Shown here: piece after piece, positions 25,301 through 37,828 of the stretch | Layout of the letters: each line of letters begins with the position of its first letter | How positions within the stretch are numbered: the stretch's first letter is position 1 | NCBI GenBank assembly: GCA_050084515.1 | Contig: CM114271.1 | Location: 10,292,001-10,356,000 of the forward strand | Origin: Blasia pusilla | Taxonomy: Eukaryota | DNA: 64,000 nucleotides | Direction: 5' to 3' | Notes under the pieces: generated by a model | What the model saw: the letters and a program-made list of their open reading frames with translations, nothing else | Databases searched by the model: none | What the model was told of the DNA's origin: nothing | Position numbers and translations under genes: made by a program

Positions 25301-26280
25301 TTAGTCCTCACCCCCTGATAGTTCCTCCCCAACTCTCGGAAGAACTCAACCAATGGGTTGAACGCGGGTGGTACTTGCCTGGTCACAATCGTAAGACTCG
25401 GGTCGAAAACTCCTCCAAGTGTCTCCTCCGTGCGGTTAGTGGGTTCTACTATAGCCGCCACATCAAACATTGCACGTCATGTGAGGGACACATATCCTAG
25501 AGACCAAAATAGTCTCCAAGCCTCAAACTCCATCTCATGGAGAATCCAAAACTCATGATAATCATCCCTGGGAGGGCCCTCCAGATGCTGAAAAAGTCCC
25601 TTCCACGCCATAAAGGGGTCGAATCTCTACTGGTTTTGCATCCTCTATGCATCGCACCAACTATCAAAATCCTCCATAAAATCATCCAACTCGATGGTTA
25701 CCACCATGCTTGAGAACCATCGGGGTCCCCTCGTGGACCCATATGTATCACAATCATCCATGTCCCACAACAATGGTGTGGCAACATTCGCGATACTCCG
25801 TGGCCTCTCGGGTAACTCAGAATCTGCTGACGTCACCTCTGGAGTAACTAAAATTCGAGGCTAAGGTGGTTCCTCATGTGGAAACCCTCGATACCTAGCC
25901 CCACTCCGCGTAAATCCTCCGCCACTTCTACCATTACCACGCTCCCCAATACTATGTGGATGCGCCGTGGTGAAACCTGCAAACTATTATGACTCACTCT
26001 CGAGCCGCTAGCTTTGCACTAGACTATGCCCAAACGGTGGACACGCCCCCACTTATCTCACTTGAGATCAACACTCGACAAATAGCCCGCACACTAAATC
26101 ACTCCCGACTAGTGTGGTATACATCCATCCCACCAAGCTCTCTACAATAGTCACCATAGTGTCGTGCACTCACCAACGCACTAATCCACAATGTGTGTCA
26201 CCCAAAAAATCACCCCTCAAACATCTCCATAAGCAGTAGGGTAAGTGAATAAATTCCCCTGTGTGCAATAGCTAGCCATG
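22340..26280 (-). mobile_element. Degenerate Gypsy internal region: gag-CCHC, protease, DNMT N-terminus fused by deletion to RNase H
   Basis: Gag fragments 25836-24460 (CDHCQRYGHARERC), protease ~23780-23480, DNMT-like segment ~23070-22806, RNase H VVAYVSRSNN...EEECLAAVWAV...TNHQPL...KLAKWSL (22800-22484). Confidence 0.88.
22806..23070 (-). pseudogene. Retrotransposon-borne C5-cytosine DNA methyltransferase fragment (motifs I-III region, DNMT3-like)
   Basis: Manual translation: GVCILDLFGGISTALAVVLQTGVRV*KYLYI*RDETACRVLLHHV...LPAEILLLG, resembling the DNMT3-type [29 protein letters not shown] SAM-binding motif. Confidence 0.78.
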
Positions 26281-26317
26281 ACTTCCTTGTGGGTATGTTG
26301 GTAACACAACATGCAAA

Positions 26318-26377
26318 AGAACTCCCCAGTTAAGCACACTCTAGAGGAATAGAACTGGGATGGATGATCTGGAAGTT
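26318..26377 (+). pseudogene. 5S rRNA-derived fragment (internal promoter region; Cassandra-like)
   Basis: AGAACTCCCCAGTTAAGCACACT...AATAGAACTGGGATGGATGATC-TGGAAGT aligns by eye with plant 5S AGAACTCCGCAGTTAAGCGTGCT...AGTAGTACTAGGATGGGTGACC...GGGAAGT. Confidence 0.75.
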
Positions 26378-26551
26378 ATGTTGAACTGGATTAGCATCAG
26401 CTTGCCAAGTCCTCACGCCCGCTAGCAAGTTGGCTTGTTGGCAACGCCTCTCATGCCCACTCATACCTTTGAAGCCTCTAAATTCCGAGAATGCCCGTGA
26501 TTCAGCTGCCTCACTTGTTCGCCACGCTTCGCTGCGCCAAACTCACATGTG

Positions 26552-27955
26552 AATGGGAACTTCAATTCCGATTTCGCGCCGTGCCACAAACGCCGGATCC
26601 GCAAGAAACTAAGGTGGGAATGGGAACTTGGGTTCCGATTCTCACCCACACCAAAAGAGACTATCTCGGGATAGAAAAGGGCGACTGAATGATCCCAATG
26701 GAACTTGAGTTCCGATTTTTGCGTCGCTTTGCCAACTCGCCTAAACTTGGACGTTTGAAAATCCTTCACCTGAAAGAGTGCCGAATTAGAACTTCAGTTC
26801 CAAATGCTCTTGGCTCACTCCTTCCTTCACAAAAGAATGACAAAATTTGAACTTCAATTCCAATTGCTCACTCCTCCCTCTCTGCTTCATGCGCCGCGTC
26901 GCGCCTTGGTAGGGAGAGTCGCGCCCACTTCACACTCCGTGGATTGGAACTACAATTCTGATTCTTTCTCCTTCCTCCCTTGCCATGCCTGAAGAAGAGC
27001 CATGCCCCACTTGAGAGGTTGCGGAATAGGAACTCTAGTTTTGATTCTCCTCTCCTTCCTCTGAACGCCGTGTTGAAACTGAGAGTCACACCGACCTCAC
27101 TCCTTGGGCTGCGCCAAAGGGGATCAGAACTTGAGTTCTAATTTCCCTCACTATCCTCTCCATCTCCCTGAAGAGAACCCATAACTAAGGAGCGGAATCA
27201 GAACTAGAGTTCTGATTTCCTCCTTCCTATCATCTCCACCTCCCTGTAGAGAAGACCCACAAGTGAAGAGCGGAATGGGAACTAAAGTTTGAATTGCCTC
27301 CTCACTTCACTTCACTTCCCCGCGCTGCTGCACTATGCCACGCGGTAGTCAAACTGCAGTTGGGACGCTCCACTGTTCTCCAACTGATATAGAATTGGAA
27401 CTTGAGTTCCCAATACTCCTTGCTTCCTTTTCACTCCCGCTGTGCCAATCTCTGCTACGCCGTCGAGATGATCACCATGCAGTTGAACCACGCCTTGGCT
27501 CAACTGTGCTTGAAATGGAACTTGAGTTCCAAATCCCTTTTGCAACTTCTTGTCACCCTTGCCACACTGTGCCGTGCCACGCCCTTCAGGTGACTCGGCC
27601 CTTGCTGCTGAATCAGAACTTCTGTTCCGATTCGTACTTTGCCGCTTTGCTCCAAACTGCCTCTTGGGAGGGATCTCCTAAATCAGAACTTAAGTTCTCA
27701 TGCCTCCCTCAATTCCACTAACTCTGTGGCTAGCAGTCCTAGCTATGCTCTAGTAACAGCTCCAAACTAGTGGCACCCCAAACCTTTCTCAACCTCTCAC
27801 CGAGGGAAAGCTACATGGTAGCTTCTTTCTTGCCTTTCCTGAACCACGTTCACAAGGGAAATCAGAACTTCAGTTCCGATTGAATGAAGAGCTCTCCTCC
27901 CTCCTCACTCCTTCTCACTTTCCAAACAAGGGCTATCAAAACTTAAGTTCTAATG
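26552..27955. repeat. Array of 16 spaced 22-bp palindromes, consensus AATC(A/G)GAACT-NN-AGTTC(C/T)GATT
   Basis: Copies start at 26552, 26619, 26696, 26784, 26844, 26942, 27025, 27122, 27196, 27274, 27393, 27513, 27611, 27681, 27860 and 27934. Confidence 0.9.
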
Positions 27956-28487
27956 CCTTGCACAACAGCTTCAGCACTGCACTCCTGCCCTCTCACATCG
28001 GTGATCCGCTCAACTCAGGGAATCTACGTGTCCGTAGGGTTTAGGGTGCAGGGAATCTTTTGGAATCCTCCTCAAATGAGCTCCGTTTTTTGTCCCGTTT
28101 TTATTGTTGGACTCAGATTTTTGCGATCTTTCCAACATTCATCTGATTTGGTCCAGAATCAAGCACTCCTCACTCAAAATCAGCAACGAAGTGCCCATGC
28201 ACTTACTGACTTGCCCACACTCAATCGTGTCACGATTGACACAGATTTTCTCACCAAAATTATCTCAGGAATTCTGTCCCCACAATCTGATCCTCAATTG
28301 CTCCACTCTTGAGCAACTCCATCAGGATTGAGAAGCCTCCCCCTCTTCAAATCCTGTCACGTTTGTCGCATTGCACAGATTTCTCAATTTTGAACATCTC
28401 ACTTTGATTTCAGCAATTCTTCTGCCCCATGTCCTTCCGCATGGTCAGGATACACTAGCTTTCAATTCTTGCAAATTACTCAGGAAA

Positions 28488-28560
28488 TAGTGGTCTCTTG
28501 GGAATAAACTTAATACTTTTCGATTAAAGGAGTATCTTTTTCCTTGAGTTGTACATTATA
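28488..28560 (+). repeat. Terminal fragment of a family-4 LTR
   Basis: Reverse complement of 62131-62200 (...TTGAGTTGTACATTATA). Confidence 0.75.
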
Positions 28561-28800
28561 GACACAAAGTGGAGTGAGATACCGAGGGGTTTTGAGTGAG
28601 GAGCTACCTCGACTTCCATCCGTGGCTGGATCCTCATCACTAGACAGTGGGTCAGGTGATGAGATTGCGACGGAGGCAGTATCACTTGGCAAGAGATGAA
28701 GAATATGGGTCATCGGGGCATGCGTCGTTTCTCAGGTGCGGTGGGCACCATCGACTTAGACGACTTCATCCAAGAATTTGACACATGGTGCAACTTCCAC
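28561..28800 (+). mobile_element. Gag N-terminal fragment of the family-1-like Gypsy
   Basis: HRGMRRFSGAVGTIDLDDFIQEFDTWC matches the 15962-15726 minus-strand gag. Confidence 0.85.
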
Positions 28801-31800
28801 ATATCCAGCACATATACATCGATGTCATCAAACATACATACAAATACACACAATCCCATGCTAACTCATGGAATCTACACAACGAGACGAGAAGTACCAA
28901 AATATCTCCAATAAATCGATCAAATCTCACACCAAGCTCTCCATGGTGTGCACACTCTCTCTCTTGTCAAACCAAACCCACTCTCCTAATGAGAGGATGA
29001 GATTACACACACAAGGCAAGGAGGACCATAGCTCTTCCGCCTCATGGCAAGAAGTTCAATAAAGAGAGAATGGGCTCTCAAGCTTTCTCTCTTAGAGGTA
29101 TATCCCCTTCCCTCTCCCAAGCCCTCTCCACGGTAACTTATGCTTGCACGTCACCTCCTTGGCTCTTGAGTTGCTGTAGCGGATCAAGGGCCACTTCCAA
29201 AAGTGGAAAGTCAACTATATTCCAAATGGAAACTTACCTAAAATAGGAAGTTTTTCTATATGGCTCCAAATGAGCCAAAACGAAGGGGAAAGGTGCTCTC
29301 ACAGGTTATTCATGGCCTTAGCAGTCATCCTCGACCTCTTGAGACGTCCTCATGTTTCTCTTAAGGCGCTCTACTATATCTTGTCGATCTATCCTAAAAG
29401 ACATGACAGATATCGTGCGCATACATATCATTACACAATATACATCGTAGTCACTAAACATACATACAAATACACACGATTCCATGCTAACTCATGGAAT
29501 CCACACAATGAGATGAGAAGTACCAAAATATCTCCAATCTTCCCCCTAATTGGTGGTTAGGTCCCTCTAACTCTAGATAGCCATCTATACCAACCTACCA
29601 TGACATACATCTCTCGGACACTATGAGCAAAAAGTCAGGTGCTCATGTGGCCCCATCTTTAGTTGCCTTCTTGTCATCCATGTCACAGACACAAGTCAAA
29701 ATCTACAACTATATATTCTATGTATATGTGGGGCACATCCATCAACCCCGAGGATCCCTAGTGAGAGGTGGCGTCAAACATGTCATATGCCATCCTCTCG
29801 AATATCCATCACAGACTGTCATAGTAGCTGCACCACGGGCAGAACCACACAACATACATCACAAGCCTACAGGAACTACTACTAATCTTGGATCAACTAT
29901 ACCGTCAATGTTAGGAAGGTGACATGGTGCACAGTTATGCACATGGTCCTTCCAAACCATACCATAGCGTCCGTCTAACAAGAGAACATCAGGTGGAAAA
30001 ATCTCACGCACTCTCAAGATAGTGCACCGTGTAGTTACATCCAATGTTGTGGGCGTTGTCTACTACAAGTAGACATAGTCTCCCTAATGAAACCTCCAGA
30101 TAGTAGGTCAGTAACCACCTCCCGGAATAGTAGCATACCTCAACGTATCCCGAACCTACACTATCGCCAAGTTTTCAAACGCCGTGGGAATCACTCTCCG
30201 AAACAACTCAACCCTCTCAGAATATGCTCACATCCACACATCAAGATCATCAAGGTTCAACACCTCACCAGCATCTCGACAAATGGCCAAAGGTAAATCT
30301 AGCTCTCTGCCATAAAGTAGCAAGTACGATGAGAAAGATGCTTAGGATGCCTGCATGTTGAATCTTTATCCCATTGCTAACCATGGAAATTGGAGGTCCC
30401 AATCTCCTAGGTGACCTCTCTACAAGCCATACTTGCGTAAACCTCTCTTCACCGTATGCATAACCCTCTCCGCTAGTCCTTCCGCCTCAGGATGATCTTG
30501 CAAAGTGGTGTAGTTGTCGATCAGTGCTTAGTCACACAAGGCCTGAAACTCCCCGGAAAACTCTATACCCTGGTCTGTCAACACCTCAACTGGTGTGTTG
30601 TAATGACTCAACACTTGATCTAGGAAGGCATACACTACTCCCTCACTCGCTTTGTCAGGCAATGCATCCAAATCTATCCACTTCGAGAAGTGCTCCACCA
30701 TCACCAAGACTATGGCGCTCCGTCAAAGGTAAAGATCTTGCAAAATCCAAAATCCATCTATAATCTAAACCCATGATTGGAAGTGGATGCAACTGTGGAG
30801 TTGGAGCATTGAACAATGCTCGGACCCGATCACACACCATGCACCTTGCAACAAATTGCAGAACGTCAGTCTGCATGCCTCGCCGCCAATATTGTATCTA
30901 GAGCAAGCTATATGTCCGCTTCACTCCAAAATGACCCAACTTCTCATGGGCATGACACACAAAACGTGCTCTCTATGAAGGATGAGGCACTATAATCCTC
31001 CCAAACTCGGAACACATGTGTCTCCTTCCACCAAAATTTTCTAGCTCGCTGTAGGATCCGATCTTGCTCTCTAGCACTCATTGTGCTCGCAACGCTAGCA
31101 GTACGCAGGTACTCGAAGACTACTCCATCCTCGTGAATGTCTCGACCACCTGTTGTCTCCTCACTGGCCTCTACATCTAAGGACTCTCCGTCATACCTCT
31201 TCATCGAAGTCTCAACAATCTGGCTCTCCATACCCAACAAGCCCAAATAGGCTGACGCGTGCCATCATGGCATCAACTCCTCATCACTCTCTCCATGCCA
31301 TCGAGCTCCAATTGCATCTTGCTGACTCGGATATGGGTTACGGCTCAAACCATTTGCATCATGGTTGAACGTCTTAAGTCTATGCACTACTTGGAAATCA
31401 TACTCGTGCAACAACAAAGCCCACCTCGCAAGCTTCCCTATAAGCTTGTCGGACTCCATCAACCACTTAAGTAATTAATGATCATTAATAATGGTAAAGG
31501 GATTTTCGAATTAACAACACCTGAAATGCACGATATCCCATACTACAACCAAACACTCACCCTCATATGAGCTATACTTCACATCTACAACGTTTTTCAA
31601 GTGACTGGCGTAAGCCACCACGAACTCTCTACCCTCATTGTCATGCTAGGCAAGCATGGCTCCAAGCCCCAACATGCTCCAGTTTGTATGCAACTCAAAA
31701 GGATGCCCCCTGATCAGTCTCCTCAATATGGGCGTGGACGTCAATCTGTCCTTCAACAGTTGAAATGCTCCCTCTTGCTCATCCCCACCAATGCCACTCA

Positions 31801-32252
31801 TGATCCACCTTGGTTAGCAAGGTTAGCAATTTTGCAATCGAACTAAAATCCTTCACGTATCGTTGATAGAAGTTTTCCAATCCCATAAATGCATGAACTC
31901 AACTCACATCTGTAGGGCTTGGAATGCGGGAAATAGCCTCTACATTCGTCTACTGCACACCAAGCCCCCTGGGTATATCGTATGACCCAGGTACTCAATC
32001 TGGTCGTAAAAGAACTTGCACTTGCATGGATATAGCTTCAACCCGTGGAACTCCAATTTTTGAAACACCTCCTCCAAATCTCGCTCATGCTCCTCAATCG
32101 TGGCGCTAAAGACTATGATGACATCAATATAACATCTAGCAAAATCCAGACCTGCCAAGATCCTATCCATGACCCTCTGAAACTCGTCCGGGGCATTTTT
32201 TAACCCAAATAGTAAGGACCTATCGGACTTTGTTTGCCGATTGATAGGTTGG
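28799..32252 (-). mobile_element. Gypsy family 3, 3' half: RT-RNase H-integrase-PHD-PPT, then permuted A-nn-B-A repeats
   Basis: RT FGLKNAP...CYID (32230-31940), RH KLARWAL, IN CMVC/LDFA, PHD CMLC...VCDG...WHMTCLTPP (~29860-29725), PPT 29547-29539. Repeats: A 29411-29536, GA spacer, B 28913-29408, A ~28799-28910. Confidence 0.88.
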
Positions 32253-32900
32253 TGTAATGTACAACTCAAGCAAAAGGTACTCTTTTTTATTGCAAAATAT
32301 TAAGTTCGTTCCCACGAGATCACCGTTTCCTCAATAAAGAGAGGTTTTATAAGAATGATAAGGAATTTCTTTTTCACTAAGCACTTCACTAGCTGCAATG
32401 ACTCGGTTTTCACTAGTACAAAAGATCAAATGGTTTTCTTCCCTCCAGGCACAACTCTTCTAAAGTACAAGGGAAGAATCCTGCGAATCTTGGATGCCAA
32501 ATTTCCAACGAAGACCTCAAAGAGACCTCAAGAAGGTGGCAACTCACCCTACTTTCAGAAGTGAATGTGTCATGGCAGGTTACTCACTATCTAATAGCTT
32601 TCCTATGCTCTTCCTGATTATCCTCTAGAATCCTGAAACCAAAGACTCAACTCTCATCCATACCGCAGCCCAATAAGATTGGCATTCAACTCCGCACATC
32701 ATAAAGGATGAATGAGGATACTTTTCCTGCATCAAAGAGTGGAGGAAACTAGAAAGTAGTACAAGATTTAGAGTGCACTAAACTCTTCGGCTTGGATCAT
32801 CCCCAAAGACTTCTTCACACAATCAACAAAAATACTAGAAACTCAAGACACAAGGGAATGACACCGTGCTCTTCTGCTTTACTCTTTAAATAATCTCTTT
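32253..32900 (-). repeat. Partial family-4 LTR interrupting the family-3 RT
   Basis: TGTAATGTACAACTCAAG start, collinear with 62131-62800. Confidence 0.85.
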
Positions 32901-32987
32901 AGAATTCATGATTGACCCTACAGCACCACAGTTGTGTTCTACACCACAAATTGAGTCCCACGTGCTCTTCTATTCAAAACCAGCGTG

Positions 32988-33619
32988 CATCTCCTTAGGA
33001 TATAAAGTTGAATACAAACTGTGAACTCTCATGAAATCTGCAATCAACCGTGCTTCATCCAAACAGCCATACTCATGATTCTGATACGCACTGGTGTGAC
33101 AGCAAGAGAAAGTATACACAAGGATTCCTAAAATGTGTGATCTCCTTATTGATCACTCCTAGCCCACTCTTCAAGAGAGAATCCAGACTCAATACATGCA
33201 CGTCGTAGTGTATCACGGATCCCAACAAGGGTCTGCAATACTAAGGAGATGAGCTCCAAATAAGACTCATCTGAGGTATACCCCCCTGGGCACCTCCATG
33301 GGTGACCTGTACACACAGGTCACCTCCCTCCTAGCAGGTCACTACCAACCTGTAATACACCCATACTAGCTCCCTAACAACTACACATGTGGTCCCCTCG
33401 TGAGACCAACTACCAACTAACCCACGACCCTATAGGTTCAAGTGGAGCCATACATTGCTGGGAAGGTCAACCTCTCCAAGGTTGCCGCTCCTCATAAAGG
33501 GAAGGATGACCTACAATCGTAGGTCATCTCCTAAGAGCACGTCACATATGACCTCTCAAAATAGGGAAGTACAAGACCCCTCTAAGGCCTCGATACTATC
33601 TTGCCCTACCCCTCATCTA
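32988..33619 (-). repeat. Family-2 5' repeat (B segment) with self-priming PBS 32988-33001
   Basis: 33002-33619 duplicates 20022-20644. CATCTCCTTAGGAT is complementary to 33238-33251 (1 mismatch) and to 20258-20271 (exact). Confidence 0.82.
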
Positions 33620-34091
33620 CCATTACACCTTCCACCTTCTTGCTTTGATTTTCTTGCTTAAAAGAGGGGGAAAAATCCTTTAAGTTAGCCAAATGCATCG
33701 GATCAGATACTCTCAATGTTATGAAGATTTTGCAAGGTTCAAGTTGAATCACATAAATAATTCAGTCCAGACTAATGGAATGGATAGGCTTTCCAAGACG
33801 TGACACAAGAAGTTAAATTTCTACAAAATTGCTCAAAAGATCGATTACTTGTTGTAGTTATTTGATGGACTCAACTCTCTTCTGTTCGATTTCTACTTAA
33901 TTACAGCATTTGAAAAGATTATGGCTACATGTTGCCTACACCATGTTAGGTTGCATGTAGCCAAATCTAAAATGACGAGGGGCGTTGTTGAAGTACACAG
34001 GTCTAAATTCTTGAAAACCATGAAGAACATCCTTAATGTGGTTGTGCCATCCTGTAAATTGAAAGTGAAGCTAATTCAAAACAAACAAAAA

Positions 34092-37050
34092 AATAGTAAG
34101 GTGCGCGTGCAATGCACGATGTACGTAAGGTGGTAAAGGTTGTGGGTATTTTCTTCGATGTACACACGGATATGTGCGGTGGGATGCTAGTAGAGGAAGA
34201 TATTGGTGATTTGTTTGTAGCCATGAGAGAAGTAGAAGATCTTAATATCAACCATGTCATTGCTCTTGCCTCTCATTGGCATCCTAATGATGCAAAAACT
34301 ACTAAGGTTCTTGTAATATAATTACAAATTATATTTCATCCAAGTATTTCTTTACATACTACATTTCGTTTGTATCTTCCTTGTTTGAATGTTCATTGCT
34401 TCCAACGGTAATGTGGATGGAACTTCTTTTCCCTACTCTACATAATGCTATATACAATTGACCATGAGAAAATACATCAATAGGCAAGTAAATGCTAACC
34501 TTTTGCAAATTTTGACCTTGAGGCTTATTTATAGTCATAGCAAAAGTTGGGCAAATAGGGAATTGAAACCTACGTAAATCAAATGGCAAACCAGAATCCG
34601 ATGCAATCAATGGGATACGTGGAATGAAAACTCGATCTCCAATATTCTTCCCTCTGATGATTTCAGCATCTATGCAACGTTGCATAAATCCACGAATCAC
34701 CAATCTCGTTCCGTTTGCTAACTTGTGCTTGTGACCCATTCATGTTTCGTAAGAGCATGATTGGTGCACCAATCTTCAAATTTAAATAATGCGGAGGTAG
34801 TCGAGAAGGCAAGCATGTGTTCAAAAATTTTGTTGGATGGATATGGCTTATCCCCTCATTTGGAATAGAGTTGACGCTGAAGTAAATATGCTCCTATACA
34901 CAATATGTAATGCATTCGTGATAAAAAAATAGTATGTTGGTACAGAAAGATAGTTAAAAAAAACCTAAATTCTAAAGCCTAAGAGAAAAAATCCATGAAG
35001 AAGATGTATGCAAGTTAAAAGATTACCTCTCTTGGAAACCCAAATATAATATGTACATTTATGTCATCAACATCTTTATTTCTTAGAGTCAAAAGAGTTG
35101 TATCTCTCAAGAAACCAATGTCATGGAATTGGCAAGGAGAATTGCCATAGATCAAATAAATAAGATTAGATAACTTATTACTATTCGTAATAATTTCAGA
35201 TGGTAATTGTATGAAATCTTCCCCCACATAAGGGTGCAAAGATACACGACCCTCTTCCACTTCCAATAACCAATCAGAAAAACCTTGTTGTTCAGCACGC
35301 AATTAACCTTCCAACCTTTAAACTTGCATGTTTGTTGTCAACTTCTTGACTTTACATTAGACCGAATAAATGATCTCTTTATGGTAGCTTGGATGATTTG
35401 TGGCTGATCCCCATGACGAACAACTGGCAACACTTCACGAAAGTCGCCACCAAATATGATAAGTTTTCTGCCAAATGGTATTTGCCCTAGATCATCTAAA
35501 ATAACTCCCATAACATCTTGTAAAGTGCGATTCACATCCTCGAATGCATGATGATGAGTCATAGGTCCTTTGTCCCATATAATGAGCATTGCTTCACAAA
35601 TTAAGCATGCTCCATTATTATCGACTAATAAACTATAAATGACAGAGGAAAATAAATTAGAAGTTGTAATAATTGGACTAATTAAAGTTTATGTATCAAT
35701 AGAATTTCATGTCAAGTGGTTAATGACACTTACTTGCAAGTAGAGCTCTCATGACGATTGATGGGGATCTTGAAACGAGAATGTTTTGTATGTCCTCTGT
35801 GCTCTAGATAAAACAGTTATTCCAGATAATGCTACAACCAATGCTATACCCCTTAAAATTCCTTACAATTGCAAGGAGAAGATTATATAGAAATGTCTTT
35901 CCCGTCCTACCTTGATCATCGATGAAATTATTTTTTGAAGATGATGGAGCATTTAAGCTTATTTGATTAAGTTCATCATGTGTAGCATCCCAAATAACAC
36001 GTTTTCTTTCATTCAGACATGCTTCTCCAAATTGCACTTGCTGAAATAATTCTTCCGTATCAATAATAGTTCTTGTTTCTCCAAATATGAATGTGAATGA
36101 AGGCTTTGGAAATTAACTTGGGGCATGTTAGGAAAGTTAGATAGTCTCTTTCCTTGATCTTGTGAATAATAATGAACTTCTAATAATACATTATTAATGA
36201 TATCATCATCAATAGGAAGATTAAGAATTCATGTTTTCTGCAATGGAACAGTTCCGGAATCATGTGAAGGTTGAATGTATCTCTCTTCCCCATGAATAAC
36301 ATGGACTTGTAGCCTCCAAGTCCTTTGAACGGTATTCCGGGATGCCAACATGTTTCACCGTAGTTAAATAATAGAACAAAGTGTAATGGAATGTATATTT
36401 CATTGAGGTCAGATATATGCCTCATCCCTCCTTCATGCAATCGTATAATTATGTTACGATGGTCAACGTGTTCGCTTCCATCACTTGGCAAAATAGCAGC
36501 AACCTCAGAAGCAGTTGGTAAGTTATAACGCTTTGCATGAAGATCTCTCAGTCTTATTTGCCTTGAGGATGATATACATACAAAGATCACTTGCTTCAAA
36601 TGTCATATGACGAAAGATCTCAACATATGGATTGCATTGATGTAACATGTCTTGTAGCCCTTTCAAGATGTCTACATTAATATCAAAAAATATACACATA
36701 TTTCTTACCCGATTCTCCAATTTATTCGCAATATTATGAATATAGAGTTGAGCAAATTGGGAGTGGCCTCCTATATGAGGATGTAAGGGTTCAATAGAAT
36801 GATAGATGCCGCCTTGGACCCTAAAGTGTGCAGTGCCACCAACTTGTTCATTTACATACACTTGAGTAGATGCAACTTGAAGTGTAGAATTGTAAGCTCG
36901 AGCATGTGTAAAAAAATGAAGACTTCTAAGACCAACACTAGAAATCAACGATTTCAGGAATGGAGGAGACGCTTTCTAGAGGGGTAATTGTATTCTCTCA
37001 TGGCCTCAATATGTGCCGTATGATGATTCACTAAACTTTGTACCTTTGAC
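34092..37050 (-). mobile_element. Degenerate Helitron (RepHel N-terminus and PIF1 helicase; central Rep region deleted)
   Basis: FAQLYI, YNLPTASEVAAI, GRTGKTFLYNLL, IIWDK, FGGDFREVLPVV, QFPICPTFAMTINKPQGQ, VFSHGQLYIALCR. 3' hairpin CGTGCA-A-TGCACG at 34106-34118 next to a mutated CTAG. Confidence 0.9.
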
Positions 37051-37828
37051 ATTTTCACATTTCCAATGTAAGGCATGATATGGGGGGCATATCTCTCTCT
37101 CATGGAACCCAATGTATGACGATATTAATACAATTTAAACTCCTTTGTAATCGCTACTTCCTAATATCACTCTCTTGGAAATTTGGTCTTCTTGCAAGAT
37201 TGAGTAGTGTATTTTGTTTTACAACCATACCATCAATAGACAACGGACAAATTGTGGAAGCATTTCGTAAGGTGGAATTTTGTGGAGGTAACACAACTCC
37301 ATCGACAATATAAGACACGTGATCTACTCTTGACCTTAATTCTTTCCCAACATGGGAAAGAGTCCAAGAATTGTCTACAATTTCATATTCACCATGAATA
37401 GGAAAAGTGATAAATAACTCAACTCATGGTGGTACATGAGTAGTTGGCCCCATTATGGATGCATTCTGGATAGCTTCATGGAGTGCACAGTTAGGTAATT
37501 CAATTCTTGGCGATATATAAACGTCCTATGTGTGAGCTCCTTAATTTTCTCCCAATAGAACTCCATCCTCATTGGAAGCCCTGACAAAATAAAGAATAGG
37601 TCAACATACATCGATCATATGCCTAACATAAATGTGTCTCACACAAATAGAACTTTGTTACTCTTAAGAACAAAGTTGTAATTGTATGGACATCTGAATA
37701 AAGCTCAATATCAACTCCCAATTGTAAAAAATTGGTTGAAGTAAATGGTTATCTGAGTAAGTGTTTTGCACGCCGTGTTTGCTTCAGGAACGTCTACTTT
37801 GAATGCACTATACAAATACAGTAGACTC

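Noticed and set aside
26318-26377. Functional 5S rRNA gene
   Set aside because: Only the central half is present and it is diverged. No 5S ends or tandem array.
26552-27955. CRISPR array
   Set aside because: Eukaryotic TE context, no cas genes, degenerate repeats, spacer lengths of 38-157 bp, and some spacers similar to each other.
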